Source of the DNA: Gnetum montanum
Taxonomy: Eukaryota; Plantae; Gnetophyta
Direction of reading: 5' to 3'
Assembly: GCA_015680685.1 (NCBI GenBank)
Contig: MNCI01000255.1
Span: 124,182-188,181, forward strand
DNA: 64,000 nucleotides
The number at the start of each line of letters is the position of its first letter. The first letter of the stretch is position 1. Below are positions 38,300-52,900 of this stretch, piece by piece. Position numbers and translations under genes: made by a program. The notes below the pieces were generated by a model. The model was not told the DNA's origin and ran no database searches. It worked only from the letters and a program-made list of their open reading frames with translations.

Positions 38300-40350
38300 A
38301 ACTTTAAGAAGATCTATGATAACTTTGGACTAGGCCTCATGTTCTTCCTTGGTGGCATTATTCTTGTCTATTGCAACCTAACATCCAATCAAACCATCAT
38401 AGTGTTACCTAATGTATTAGTAGCACTTTTTGCAAGTTTAGATTCCAATAGTTTCACTTAAAGGTTTTGTTATATCATATTTTCTTGTCATTCTTTCTCC
38501 TTTCTTTGTATGCCCAAGATCATAATCATAAGCATAAAAAAATGAGAATAGAAAATAATAACAACTTATGTGAAGTTTATCATTTTTGATTTGAACTATG
38601 CACTCATGGTTTAACAAGTATCAAGTCAAGTAAGTAGCACTTAACAGTTCTCCTAAAATTTGTTCAAGATTTCTATTGACCTCTGGAGCATCATCAAGGA
38701 TAGCATGAAAACCAAATGCAATACCAACCTACACCAACTTGTAATTACTTTTGAAGTCATAAGACTTAGACTCCCTTAAGTGATACAAGTTCTCACCAAT
38801 AGAGTATGGATTATTTTTGGCAATCTAATCACTTAGATTTCAAATAAGAATAGGTTCCTCTTCCACAGCAGCCACCATTTATCCTAAGTAGAAAGGTGAA
38901 CCCATGATGGTATTGGAAGGGAAATAGAGGATCCTAGCATAACGTGTAGTAAGAAGCCCTTTACCAAAATCACATGTGAAGATGGCATGCAAGGAGATTT
39001 TGGAGGACATGTTGGAGTTTGTTCAAAACCATACTTATGTGGAGAATCCTTCTCCAACTCTTGGATGAAGTATCCTTGACCCAAAGATACCCACAATAAA
39101 AAGCAAATGTCACATAATAGGGAGAAAGGAAAAGAAGAAAGAAAGGGAAAGCAAATGTCATATAACTAAAATTACCTCTAGTTCTTTTTCTTTTTCTTTT
39201 TACTTGATAATTAGGACCTTACCACTAGAACCTTTCCTTGTGCATTGTTTCTAATAAAAAACCAAAAGTTAGGAATAGAATAAATATACATATATAAAAA
39301 CAACAAATAATAATGATATTGTGTGATAAATTAAAAACCTTGGAACTTAGTTTTATGTTTTCCACATCATCTTTTTCCTTAACACCTTCTGCAAGATTGG
39401 TTTGTACTACAGATTGCATTAGAAAATAAATATCATAAATGACACATAATTAATAAATGAAAACATATAATTGAAAGAAAAAAGTATGTACCTCATTAGT
39501 TTCCTCTACATTATGGGCTTGTACAAGAGCTCTTTGACCTTTTTGGGCACCTTCAATTCAACTTCTCACATTTTGTTCTCCCTCAAGAAACTTAGGATGT
39601 AGATTAGGATTAAAATAGTTAAGAATATTGGTTATATTATTGTAAATTAAGATCAAGGTCATCATGAGGAATACGCAACATATAGTGTAAGGTTTTTAAG
39701 GATATATCTTGGTGGCAATAACATTTTCTATGGTAAAATGTAAGGTAGAGAAACAAGATAAAGGCTAGTCATAAATCTTACCTATATTGATACCATGAAG
39801 AATATAAATAGAATAGGCATTAACATAGGAAGACCAAAAATTCCATAAAACCCTACCATATATGAATTAACTTAATTCATAATCAATTTCATTAATAAAA
39901 TTAATAGGATACTATTGATTTTGATGGATAGAAAAATATCTAAGATAATTAGATAATTTTCTTTGACAAAATGCTTTAAACTCAAGGGAGAATATATTAG
40001 GAATCAAAGAATTTTCACTTGGATGAAAATCTAAAACTAATTGAACAATGACAAGAGTAATTACCAATGGCTCAAACATCATTTTTGAAAGAGAACTTCC
40101 CTATATGCAATAAGCATTACATCATTGTCTTATCAAGTTTTTACAAGAAGAAGCTTTAAAAATAGGAAAAGCAAGCAACTTAGATAACCTAGAAGTTGTA
40201 AGATATTCAAAACCCCAAACACCCAGTAAGCTACATATCAAATCAATTACCACAACTACATTATTTTGAGGCAAAATAATAGACACTGAATTAGGACTAC
40301 TTGATGCAATAGACGAAGCATGACTAGGCCACTTAGGAAAAGCCATACTG
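38300..40350 (-). pseudogene. Unidentified decayed multi-exon gene, probably TE-borne
   Basis: A ~190-codon frame with few stops runs from 40346 to a GTAAG donor at ~39781. Further donors lie at ~39491 and ~39222, and exon-like frames at ~38580-38800. CpG-depleted. Confidence 0.3.
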
Positions 40351-41389
40351 GTAAACCAAAAGATGTCTTTTCCTCTAAAATATTTGAAACTACTATGCTT
40401 GAAGATGATGGATAAAAGGACATTCTTTTCATGAATTTATAGAAGATTTCAAAACCCTAGTTGTAGTAGGAGACAAAGCATACTCAAGAAAAGGATAGTG
40501 CAAATTATATGTTAATAGATAATTAGTTATTCATTCATCTTAAGCTAACTCTCACTTTTCTTAATTTTCTGATTGATAGATTAAGTTAACTAGCATTATC
40601 ATGAGTTGAGGATGTAGTGCTCTTCGAGATGATTCTAATGGTACCAATTTCATTATAATCGGACTTATGGTTTGGAAGATATCACGTTTCTCAAAATTCT
40701 ATCATCATTAAAATTTAATAAATTTCAATTTCATGAAAAATAAAAAATTAATTAAATTTTTAATTTTAAAAATCAAAAATATATATGACTTAGAATCGAG
40801 TAGGTAATCTCCAAGTTACTAAACCTAACTCTTAAATCTATCTTAGTTAGCCACCAAGTCACGTTTCTTGGTTAGGCAAAAATACAGATTACCTTTTAAT
40901 ATTTAAAGAAGTAATAATAAAATTTTAATTAAAAAAATAAAAAAATTTCAAGGGTTACATAGACCCTTCCTAGGCTTTTGTCAAAGCCCACCTAGTCCAT
41001 GCAAGCCCTTAGGAGGGTTGCACAAGTCCTACTAGAGGGCAATAGGCCAATTGGGCCATGCAAGCCCACAAAGCAGGCTGCTTAGGCTAGTCAAGCCATG
41101 GCAAAGAAATGTGGGTAGTTGCCCTACTACACAGCAAGGCCTTTCAACCCTACCATGAGGCATTACAGCATGCAATAGAAAAACAATGTAGGCCACTAGG
41201 TAGTGGGGCCTTTTTTATCCTACTATGAGGCATCATGGCATCCTTGCTCAACTCTCACCTCTTCATCACCATCCTCCTCATTGTTGCACCATTGTTACCT
41301 ACCACTACTATTGCATCCTTTCTTGCTATCAACTATTCATGCTACCACCATTCCTTACATCACCATCTACCACATTTCTTACCACTAAT

Positions 41390-41845
41390 GCAAGGAAAAG
41401 TTGTTTTGCTTGAGACATTATGCATACCATCGATGCCAAGAAAAGCTACCTTTCCTTGGCCACCACAAATACTGTTAGCACCAAGAAAAGTTGCCTTTCC
41501 CTATCCACTACAAACATCATCAGTGTCAAGAAAAGCTACCTTCCCTCAATTATTACAAACATCTTCGATGCTGGGTAAAGTTGCCTTTCCGTTTCCATCA
41601 TGAACATTGTTAGTATCGAGGAAAGCTATCTCCCCTGGCCACCATGGACACTATCATCCCCAAGGAAAGTTGCCTCCCATGGCCACCACAAACATTACTG
41701 ACACCAAGGAAAGTTATCTTTCCTCAATATACTCAAATACCAAGAAAAGCTACCTTCCCAAGCATGCTACGAACACCATCGAGGCCATGAAAAGCTACCT
41801 TCCTCAACACCCATAAACATCATTGACACTACAAAAAGATACCTA
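41390..41845. repeat. Degenerate tandem array, ~45-bp unit, about 10 copies
   Basis: Recurring AAGAAAAG(C/T)T(A/G)CCTT(T/C)CC..CCAC(C/T)ACAAACA. This produces the 15-aa periodicity in ORF 41235-41603. Confidence 0.85.
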
Positions 41846-42949
41846 TTGTGGATGGAAAATGTTTTTTGACAATTGGTGGAAAAAATTCAAAAATTTTGTT
41901 AATTGACAAAAAAAATCACAAGGAAAAATGCTAAGATCAAAGTTCATAAATCAAATATGTGAATTTAAAGAAATATCTCTAAAAAGACAAATTGACATGT
42001 TAATAGCAAGTGGAATAAACTTTCCCTAATTAAGGGCACTTGTCATGGAGTAGTATTGAGATGGATGACCTCTCATGAAGTCTCAAAAAACATGAAATTT
42101 TTGCAAACTTCAAACGACCATAAGTTGTGATTTTAAAGTCCATTTTTAATGAAACAAGAACCATTTCCAAAAAATTTGAACCTTTCCAACACAAGGAAAT
42201 GGTCAGATTTAGCCAATAAAAGATGAAAAAATAGTGTTTAATCTAATATTTAGGCTTCTAAAACATGAAAAAACTCTATAGGAAACCTAACAAAATTAAA
42301 ATTTCCTTGAAAATTAGAGTCTATTGTGGTCGATTAGTAGTTCATGAAGAGAAAAATTATTCATTGCAATTCTAACCTCTTTTTGGAAACCAATTAGCTA
42401 TCACATAGCCCATAAAAATAGCCACAAAGACTGAGGAATGATCAACCTACCTTGTTTCTTCAAATTACCAATGTCCAAACCCTAAAGAGTACATTGGAAA
42501 ATGATGAAGTCCTAAGTCAATGATCAAATGGATGCCCTTGAACAAAAGATTAATGAAATTATAGATTTCCAAGAGGAAGATCATCAATCAAACTAAGGGC
42601 TCAAGAAAAATATGCAAAACATGTGTAAAGAAATTAGGAAATTATCCTAAAGTTTAGAAGGAAAATGGTCAAAAGTACAAGGAAAGATGTATTGCTTTAT
42701 AGATTTCATCAAGTATTTAACTAATTATTTAATCCAACCTCCTAACCAAAGTCACTATTCACCTAGAGATCATAATCAAAATCAACTTCCTCCTTAGAAT
42801 CATCACCAAGATTAATTCCAACATCACCAAGACTAGAACCAAGATAAATTTCCTCTTTAGGAGTAATCCCTACCTATTGGATGCCAAGGTGTCAACATTC
42901 CTTCATAAGGCCAAAGAATAGAACCTGAAGGTGAGGGTTATTGGAATTG

Positions 42950-43178
42950 GTAAAATTCATCAAGAGAATCATTAATCCAAGTTCATGCCAAAAAGGTAAA
43001 ATTGGACCATTATGATGGAGCCCTCGAATCTAGTGCCAAAGCAAAAAATTGGCATGATATCATGAAGAATTATTTTGATAGGTTAAACGTATCAAGCCAA
43101 GAATGTTTAGAAGTAGTCTCCATGTACTTGAGATGACTTAATGCAACATGGTGAAATGGACTAAGATCTCAAGGCTTG
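42950..43178 (+). pseudogene. Ty3/gypsy gag fragment truncated by a Tat LTR
   Basis: KVKLDHYDGALESSAKAKNWHDIMKNYFDRL...VSMYLR*LNATW* resembles the Retrotrans_gag N-terminus. Confidence 0.55.
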
Positions 43179-44259
43179 TATAATGATTGAAAAATTCAAT
43201 GCTAGAAAATCAAAGATCTTAGTGTGGAACAATTTTAACTCTAAGATCCATAGGCCTTAGAAGAATCTAGGGGACCTTAAGTGGTCTTGCCAATTACCTA
43301 AGGACTTGGAAAAGTCTGTTATGAAGTGAGAATAAATAAAAACAAAAAATTGTAAAAATAATGAAGAAAATATGGCCAAAACAAACTACAAAATTTTATA
43401 TTGATATTAATGAGAATATAGAGTGAGGAAATATAAATCTACACATTATACAAATAATTGTTGAAGATCTAAAGTGCAAATGAGTAGTGTGTATTCCACA
43501 GTCCTTGGATCTACTATCTTTTAAAAGGTTTTACTGCAATGTCTTTCCCAAGGTTGCTCTCCTATGCAATGTATTCCAAAGATTCTAAAGATGAGAAGAA
43601 CCTCAAAAATGGTGTAGATTTTGGTTTAAATAAGCCATCAATTTGTTAATTCTGTGCTGATTTGATTATGGAAAATTTCTAGACATTCCCTACCATGTTT
43701 CTGATGCTTTTGATTATTGAAATCTATAGCATGTGAACTACTAGCGTTTTTTACCTTTTGAACTTGAAATTACAGCATTGTTGGTAGTTTTCACAATTCA
43801 AAATTACCATGTATGGGCTGCCAACGTGTGAAACTTTTCTTGCAACATTTTGTGATGTTTTAGGCCATTTCATGATCCAAGACTATAGCATATGAACCAT
43901 CAATATTTTTAGCTTTTACTACCAAATTTGGTAATGTATTTGGTATTTTGGCCCTCACACACTAGCATAAATAAAATTCATAATGTGTGGAGTGTAAATT
44001 TCACTTTTACACATTAAAAATGGTCTAATATTTTGCTAAAATAAGGTCACAAGGTAAAAGTTTTTGATAGAAAAACAAGGCAATTATTTCTGCCTTTGGA
44101 TCTCTACCAAATTACATTGCAAATTTGGCTATTAGGCTTCTTATGCATAACATGATTTTTTTGTGAGGTGTTTCATTGATCCCTCTTTGTTGATGTTTGA
44201 AGGATTGACCTGACAGATATCAACAAAGAATACAAAACACCATTGTAGGTTCATCAACA
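43179..44259 (-). repeat. 3' LTR of Tat element B
   Basis: PPT GGAGAGGGAGCAT then TGTTGATGAACC. About 1.08 kb, like 31298-32389. Confidence 0.75.
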
Positions 44260-45699
44260 ATGCTCCCTCTCCACACTTGATTTTGTAACTATTGAATCAT
44301 GCCAATGAGTGCTCATGATGGTGAAGTAAGGTTCCAATGGAATTTCAAGAATTTGGGATAAGAAAAAGGCTATATCTAGCTATTAGGATGGTCACTTTGC
44401 CTATTCAAATGATCACATGGGCTAACAAAAAATTCTAGATGTTGACATCATGGTTGTGGCATGGTGGTGACCTATTTACTGAATAAGGAGGTCTACATGC
44501 TTTGTGATGGAATCGTTGGTTATTTTATGATGTTTGGAGGAACCAGCACTTTGTAATAGGGTTTCTCTAGCCACTTGGCTCTCTCTCTCTCTCTTTCTCT
44601 TTTTTATGGAAAAGAAACCTTCATTAGGGTTCATTGCCAAGGCTAAAATTGAATTTTCTCACTAAATGAGATGTGTTATATTTAGTGAACTGGATTGGTG
44701 GGGCATGTCAAAGGATATGTCACATAGTCATGGTGCATGAATGTCAAACATAGGTTTTCATCATCAGTAAGGTAAGGAAGGCTGAAGTTTGGCTACGAGG
44801 TTATGGCTTAGGAGGGGTAACAAAGATGATGTCAGGCAATCACTATTGGAAAAATGAAACAAGCTAACTGAATCTCATGTATCAAGATCACATGGTGACT
44901 CACCTTTGCAATGAATCACACCCTTGTGATGACTCTGGGCCCATCTTGTAAGCACAACTCAAGTCAAATAATACATGTGTTTTCAAAAGGTTACATGAGG
45001 CAACAAGTAGATATAGGCCTCTATAAGTTACAATTGGTGGGACTTGAGAACTCTGTATTTTGCATTATAGATTTTTACAAAGTTTGTAGTATTCTAAAAT
45101 GTCAAAGAGATAAGAGGTCATGCAAGCTTGCTTGTTGTAGGCTACTAAAATTATCAACATCGATCATCCATTCAAACCTATGAACAAAGGCAAACAAAGG
45201 TGATAAGCAAACACATCAATGTTAGACATAATAAGAGTCATGTAAGGGCTCTGATGTTGCCTCACAGGGATTTGATGGTGTCTTGAGAAAACTAAGGTTC
45301 TAGTGAGAAACTTGGTTTTGGAGTTTTCTCCTTACCATTATGGATTGAAGTGAGGAATTTAACTAAGGAATTCCTTATGATGTTTATAGTCTCAAGTTCA
45401 AGAGCAGTTAAGCCATTGCATGGCATTAAGGCTAGATGGTCGAGGCTCACAAGCTCTCAATTTAGGCATTCAAGATCAACTTGGTCGAATGACATCACTA
45501 GAAGGGTCTACTCAAGATCAAAGGCTAGTCGAATACTCCCACATTTTTCTAGCTCAATCCTGCATGTTAACATAAGCATGTTAACACCTCAAGTAGCATA
45601 TTTTCTAAGCTGGGCCTTGTTTTGCCACTTTCTACCCTCCATGACTAATCTGACGGTATTCTCATGTGCGCTGCGAACTTCCTTGCTTTATGGTTTTCA

Positions 45700-48100
45700 A
45701 AGGCCATTGCTCAAATCCTAACTAGTTACAGAAATTTTCAAAGTTCCGTAGCTTTGCCAAAGGCTTCATTCCGTAGAATTCAAAGCATGCTTGTTAGAAG
45801 CTATTGCGAATTAATTTTCGTTAATGCCTTTTCTATCCCTATTTTGCTATTTGTCATGGAGTTTAGCCTATGCTTACACTGATGAGCTGTTTCTTGTATA
45901 TTCTCTTCGATAATTACAAGCTTTGAGCCTGCGAGACGTATTGCTTTTCCTGTGCTACCCAGCTTGAATTTTGAAATTTCAAAAGGTGCCTGTAGGATTT
46001 GTGTGGACGAAAATCATAGCTCAGCCCCAACAAAGCGACGATGGACAATGGACGATGGACATATCCCTCGTCGGCGACGGCATGGGCGTGGACATGGAAG
46101 ATCGGACCGAGAATCAGCGTCTCGTGTTCCCAGCATAGATGTCCATGTCAGTGGCGTCGTCGGATCAAACGCTAGACAAGCTTAAGCTTATTTTGTGATC
46201 ATGGTGCTGCCGGTGGCGATGAAGGTTCTGGGCCTGCCAGTGAAGCAGTCCAAAGAAATATCCTACCCAAAAAAAAAAAGCAAAATACACTAGTTTGCAA
46301 ATTACAGAGAAGGATGATTCTGCAAATAGGGTCAAGCAACTAAACTGCTCGGGTTGCATACATACATTTATAATTTCCATACATTCATGCAATATAAACA
46401 GACAGGTACAGGACAACGTGTCATCATATAACATTTCAATCTATGCCCCGGAGATTCGCGATTCCGGACAAATTTTCACGAACTGTTCGCGTCGGATTCG
46501 GGAGCGCGTACAGAAGCGCATTAAATTCGCAATGGGTACGTATTTCATAATTTCCAATAAAATTTTGTCTGATTTGTACTTATACATTGAAATGTTCGCC
46601 AGTGATGTCTGCATTTTGCATTAAAATCGTACGTATCTTCTCCTATTGGGATTGATACCAAAAATTTCATTACCAAAAATTTCATTTCATTGTTAAGGGG
46701 CAAGCAATCAAGATTCATGGCATCGGCATTAGACGGAGCACAGAAAACAAGCGAGTACGAATAAATAAACAAACATTGGTAACCGAAGGCCGAAGGGGCA
46801 AGTATGGGTCATACGGAAATCAAGTTTTGGACGGGGCGTGCGAGGAAAACATTGCATTTGCATGGATTCGCCTGCCTCTGGGAGCGTCAAAGGTTCCGCC
46901 ATGACTCACACATTCACGCGTGTTTATTGTTCATTGCTGGTTTGTGCTCTTTTTCTCATATCTCTGCTGAAAAAAGAAAAAACAAAACAACGTCATCGTC
47001 ATGGGTCATGAGTGAGGAACATGAACATGATGACGGATGGATGCTTGTTCAACTATTTTAAAAATCTGTTTGGTTATAAAGCAAAGAAGCCCACCAGCAC
47101 ATGGCCAATTGCTAGCGCCGATTTTTCCCTTCATCATGACTAGTGCCGAGCTCATGGTGCTCTGTTTTTACTTTTCCCTTCATTTTTCCCTTCATCATGA
47201 CTAGTGCCGATTTTTCAGCGTCTGAAAGGTTTTCGATCATTGTAGGTGAGGTGAGTTCCTGGCTGTGCCTAGTTTAGTTAAGTTGTGTCTTCTTTTAATG
47301 CAGTCATCTTCAATGTGGCCCTATGACGCTACTCACAGATAGTCCCTAGGGTGCTACTCACAAGTAGTTGTTGAACAAAAGTATTAGCAGACCTGATTTG
47401 TTATAAATTTGGTTGAGGCTTGAGGCTTAATTTCATTTTTGGAAATATTGGATTGCGTAACAAAGGGATTTCATTTTATTGCTGTCATTTTGGTTGTTGC
47501 AGAAATTATANATATATTTAAATTTTCTCTATCACGTCCCCGGCTACGAACCGTCCCCACTTTTCTTGAGGCGTACCCAAACATGTTCAGAATCACGAAT
47601 CCTTGATTCCTCGCTTCCACGAATCGATTCTTTTGATGCATAGATTTCAATAAATCTATATTATAGGGCCATAGAAAGCTTTAAACTGCATGAATCTTAT
47701 TCCAGCATGTTTGCTATGCAGACAAACAAAAACAACTTATTATACTTAACCAACAACTTCCAGCCATCTCACATAGAAGAATGTCATCCATCCATTCATC
47801 TTCATACGTCTTGTTCGCATGCCATAAGTGTTACTCAATGCCTCATCTCTGCTTATCTGCAATCAAATGTGCAATAAAAACTGACCACTACCATTGGAAA
47901 TTACATTAGCATTAGCATGAATTTATCCGGGTGCTACGCAGCATCAAATTGGATTTCATATTCGAGTAGGCGTAGGTGTTGGTGATTTTCATTGGCGTGG
48001 ATAGCGTTCGAGAAAGTTTTGTGGTTTTCCCCAGGGAAGAATGGTAGCGTGTGAGCTACAAGAGTCAAGAAAACTTGTACTTTTCACCACCACTTTTCCC
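45700..48100. other. CpG-retaining, host-like island with splice-site-like signals; no product identified
   Basis: Dense CpG at 46030-46540 and 46800-46920. TATAAA at ~47074. GAG|GTGAGT donor at 47251 and TTGTTGCAG acceptor at 47502, just before the N at 47511. Confidence 0.45.
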
Positions 48101-49954
48101 AGCGTTTGGAACTGTTGAGATGCTTGACTACTATATTTTATGTTGTATTTTCAATTTTTAATGTGGTTTCATGTTCTAATGGTTTTAAAGTTTTGTTTGT
48201 GTACAAGCCCCTAGACACTGATGATGATGTTGGTAATGATGTCAATGATGATCACACTCCTCCTCCCATGGCTTAGTTTTGACCTCAATGGATTTATCAT
48301 ATTTCACTATTTTAGTTACATCATTGTTATTGTATTTGGTTGTCACGACCTTAGAGACCGTGTAGTATTTTTATTGTCATCTATTGCACAATGCAACTAT
48401 GGCTATTGGACATTTATTTTTTGTTATTATCATATAGTGTGACCATGGCTACTATTTTAGACCATCTATATTCAGTCTTATGTTGTTATATTTTAGTTTT
48501 ATGTTCTACATTTCTCCTGGCTACAATTTTTAATTGTTTTTTCATGGTTTATATTTTTCTATAACAATGCTATGAAGTAAAATTTGGCAATATGATATAA
48601 TAAATTAATAAAAGTAAAATGAGGCATAATTATTAGAGTAAAAATCAATCATTGTGCATATGCAAAGGAAAGGAAGAGAGGCTACATACTCACCAGTTTT
48701 AGGCCCTAGAAACCCACCATTTTTAGGCCTTGGCAAGCCATGATCTCACTAGTTTTAGGCCTTGGTAGACCATTGTGTTACCAATTTTAGGCCTTAGTGG
48801 ATCATAGTCATACTTGTCTAGCAAGTATGGGATAATCTTGAAAGAAAAAATAACAATAATATAAACACCAAGACATGATGTAAGGCTACGAAGGTAAATA
48901 AACAACTATTGACAAAAGGGATAAGATGTCTATGATGTATTTGTTGCCTGAACTTTGATAGATCAAGGAGGTTCTTTTGTATAATCCTATGCTCATCATT
49001 CCTCTTATTCAATATGACAAGCAGTAGATTTTCTTGTTGGTCATTTGGTGTTATAGGATTGGTGATGTTAGCATTGTTATTGTTATTATTGTTGGCCCCA
49101 ACTTGAGTGTCAAGAGTTTCATCTTGAAAATCCACCTCCAAACCATGTTCAATGTTGATATTGTTTATTGATGGTAGAAGCATGTTGTCCCCATGAATCA
49201 CAATTTCACCATCCTCCTATAACAAGTGAATCTTCTTATGTATAGGAGATGAGATTGTTTGAAGCTTCATTAACCATGGTCTTCCTAGGATCAAGTTAAA
49301 ACCTAGTGTTTCTTTGACTACTAGGAAGTTGGTGGATGTGGGAAACTATTCCCCAGCTATAAAATCTAAGGAGATAGAACCTCGTACCATTACCCATGAT
49401 CCATTGAATGAATTGAGCATAGAGATAGAGCTTTCTTGAATATTTTTTGATACTCCTAGTTTCTCAACAATGGTGAATGCTATCATGTTAGTTACTACCC
49501 CATCATCCACATGAACATGATGAACCTTATACTTACCAACATGTATGGTAATGAGAAGAGGAGTAAGTAGCACTTTTCATTTCATGGAACAACCTTTACT
49601 TTGCTATTACAAAAGATGAAAATGGATTGATGCTTGTTTTCCTTGTGCCAAGTTTTATCATGACAAAGTGAATGGATTCTTTGTAAGCAAGCATGTCTCC
49701 GCTCATAGGAATAGAAGTCAACATTTGAGCTAGTGCATCTCTATGAGCATGAGAAGTCATGACTAGGTCGTATAAGTTCAGTGTGAATTTTCAAATTTGG
49801 CAATCTTAATTTCCTCCATTCTCCCTATAATTTTTTATGTTTTAATGTGTGTTTCTTGGATCCCTTGCATATACCCAACTTTTAATTCTCTCTTGGTTGA
49901 CTGGTTGACATAGTTTGAGTAATGGAGTTCATGGGAAAAGCTAGTCTTGATGGG

Positions 49955-52900
49955 TGATGAGTCCCGATATTGGACCCTCGATATCGGATATGCGATATCA
50001 GAGATGTCAAAGCAATATCGAACATGCGATGTTGGAGCCTATCTCATTGCCCATAAATAAGAGATAAGGGCACTTGGTTTGGCATTAGTTTTTCAATCCC
50101 TTAGCCAAACTCTTGTAGTTTTTCTATTCCAAATTTAGAATTATTTCTGAGTGCCTTTAGTATAAGTCATAAAGTGAATGGATCTTTATTTGAACATAGT
50201 GTACCTAAGCAAACCTTGTGTCTGGAAATAAATACGAACTTTGTGATAAACCTTGAAACATTCAGAATAGTTTAATTATTGCATTTCATGTTATTTGTTG
50301 TTATTTAATGCATTCACTAGTTACTTAATGTTATTTCATTGAAGTATTAATTGTCAATTATCAATGAATTAGCACACTCAGCACGACCACTTCGAGCATA
50401 CGTGGAACACTTGGTAACCCATTAACGATTAGCGTTTGGTAATCCCAGTAGTGTTACACTGGTTCAGAATATGTCCAGAGATTGCATTAGAGTTATAAAA
50501 ATCCATTAGTTAATTAAACATTTTCATTGCACACACTTAGGAGACTAAGATAGAAAATATAAAAAACATAAAAATCATATACCTCGAGTTTACTTAACCA
50601 TACAATTCTGTCTTACAAGTCAGCTTGGGAAGACAACAACTGCATAACTCATCCTTGTTCTACGTAGGTGCATAAGCACTTAATCCTTGGAGTTCGATCG
50701 GATCATACGTGAACGCTCGTATTTGTATGGTTGGGTGTAGGGGTAACTCATCATTGGCACCATTGTCAGGGATTTTGTTGTTTGTGCACTGATTAGAACA
50801 TAGGAAATCCTTTCATTGTTGAAACAAACCCTTAGAGTTAACTATCCTACAATCACTAGAAAAGGGTATTGCACACTAAATAATCAATTATGTGTCCTTC
50901 TTCTTATGAGAGTGCTTCACCAACTAGGTCTGACACCATGAACAATAGGAGGCGGGGTGCACATGATGATCTACCAGTGCCCCAACAGTTTCACATGGTG
51001 TATGCTCATCCTGATGAACATATACCAGACTTTACCTTTATTCTCCACCAGGATGAACAACTAGGATGGCATGATTTAGAAGGTAACATAGTGTTACCTC
51101 CCAATCACTCAATCCCAAGCATGCTTCTTCATGCTCTCACACGAATCAGTATGCAGCACTTACAATCAGAGTACATTGTGCATGAGCAAGAGTTGAGAGA
51201 TTATCAACCCACAAAGGCACAACGCCAGAGGGATTTGCAACAAGAGAGACATTACAAATCCATGAAGGGAAAGTGATCTTAGGATGTCTAGTATGTCCTA
51301 AGTGAAAACAAGGGTGGTGAACCTATCTCGGGAGTTTTTCCACAAAATGATATTCCTCTCATTGACTTTGGTCAAGGAGTTGTGTATCAAAATATTCACT
51401 CAACTATTCATAACCTAGGTTCTGGTACCAATGAACACAAAGGATCCAAAAAATGAACATGAACACATAAAAATGATGAACATTTTGATCGTAATCGTGA
51501 CCAAGGTCGTGATCACCAAAAAGAAGGTGACAAGTGTCACCATGGTGCCAGTCCTCCTTCCTCTTCACCTCCATCATCTTCTTCTTCCTCTCCTTCAGGA
51601 TCTAAACACAGTTGCAAAGGGCAAGACATGAGGATAAGGGTAAGCAAAATAGAAATCATAAACAAAACAATCGAGAAAGGGGACAAGGGTATTTCAGAGA
51701 AACACATCACGAAAGAAGGGAGAGTAGGGAATAGCATAGGCATCATAGATGCCATAGACGACATGATCACAATGAACCCCTACTCACCTCCCGAAGTATG
51801 TTAGATATAACAGAGGCCATTATGATCCGAACAAGGTACCAAAAAGATAGTAGGATCAAAAGACTAGACATGAATAACATCCCACAATTTGAAGGAGGAT
51901 ATAATGTTGATTCTCAAAACCATCTACAAGAATTCCACGATGCATGTGCCTTGCAAAATATAGAAAACGAGTGGAAAAAGCTAAAGTTGTTTCCATGAAC
52001 ATTGATCAAGGAAGCGGAAAGCCGGTACCAGTCCTTAGAACCAGAATCCATTCATCAATGTAATACCATGTTAGAGCTATTCAATGATAAGTATCAGACA
52101 TGCTCCCGAGTGTCTAACCTACGTAAGCAAATCCAAGGATGGAAACAAGGAGGACACGAACCCTTGGATGCTACGATGGGCTAGTACTATTCATTGTTAC
52201 ATCGTTGCCCTGGCCATGGTTACTTACAAAAGGAACAACTACACCATCTCATAGATGGGCTTAGGTACGAAACATGAAGAACCCTTGGAACTTATGCCAA
52301 AGAAAGGCTATCCGAGCTCACAGCCCATCAAATACAAAGATTGTTGGAGCAAGTTGCCAAGGAGGAAGGTGAGTTGAGAAAAAGAAAAAATGCGAAAGAG
52401 TACAACAAAGATCCTTCCCTCTGAAAGAAGGAAATTAGATTTTGTGAAGATGAAGAAGACTAACCACTTGAAGAGATGGTGAATATAAAGAATTTGGCTA
52501 TTCAAAAATTTGCATTAGAAGTATTGGCAAAGGTAGATCAAATGTGGAACTCCCTAGACGAAAAATTTCAAACTATCCTAAAAATAGTAGAGGAGTCTAG
52601 AGAACCAAGTAGTGACTGAGAGAGAAGGAAAAAGAAAGAAGCTGAGTATGCACATAACAAGGGTAAGGACAAGGTTACTATCATTGAAGAGGTTATGGAT
52701 TCGAACACGAACAATGATGAAGGATGTGAGATTTTCCAAAATGACGATCCTAAGGGACATTGCCCAGTAGTGTCACATCTGCAAGAGTTTGGGGTGTATG
52801 CACTAAACCCACGAGTAAACAGATGACAAACACCCAGAAGGCTACCTTATCCTCAAGGTAACCCAAGGTAGTTCGACCAACCCTTGACATATTATCCAAG

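Noticed and set aside
40122-40346. VVVIDLICSLL as a second NIF DLD motif
   Set aside because: No downstream NIF motifs follow in that frame.
45760-45775. AGGCTTCATTCC, a partial match to miR166
   Set aside because: Only 12 nt match, and there is no star arm or hairpin.
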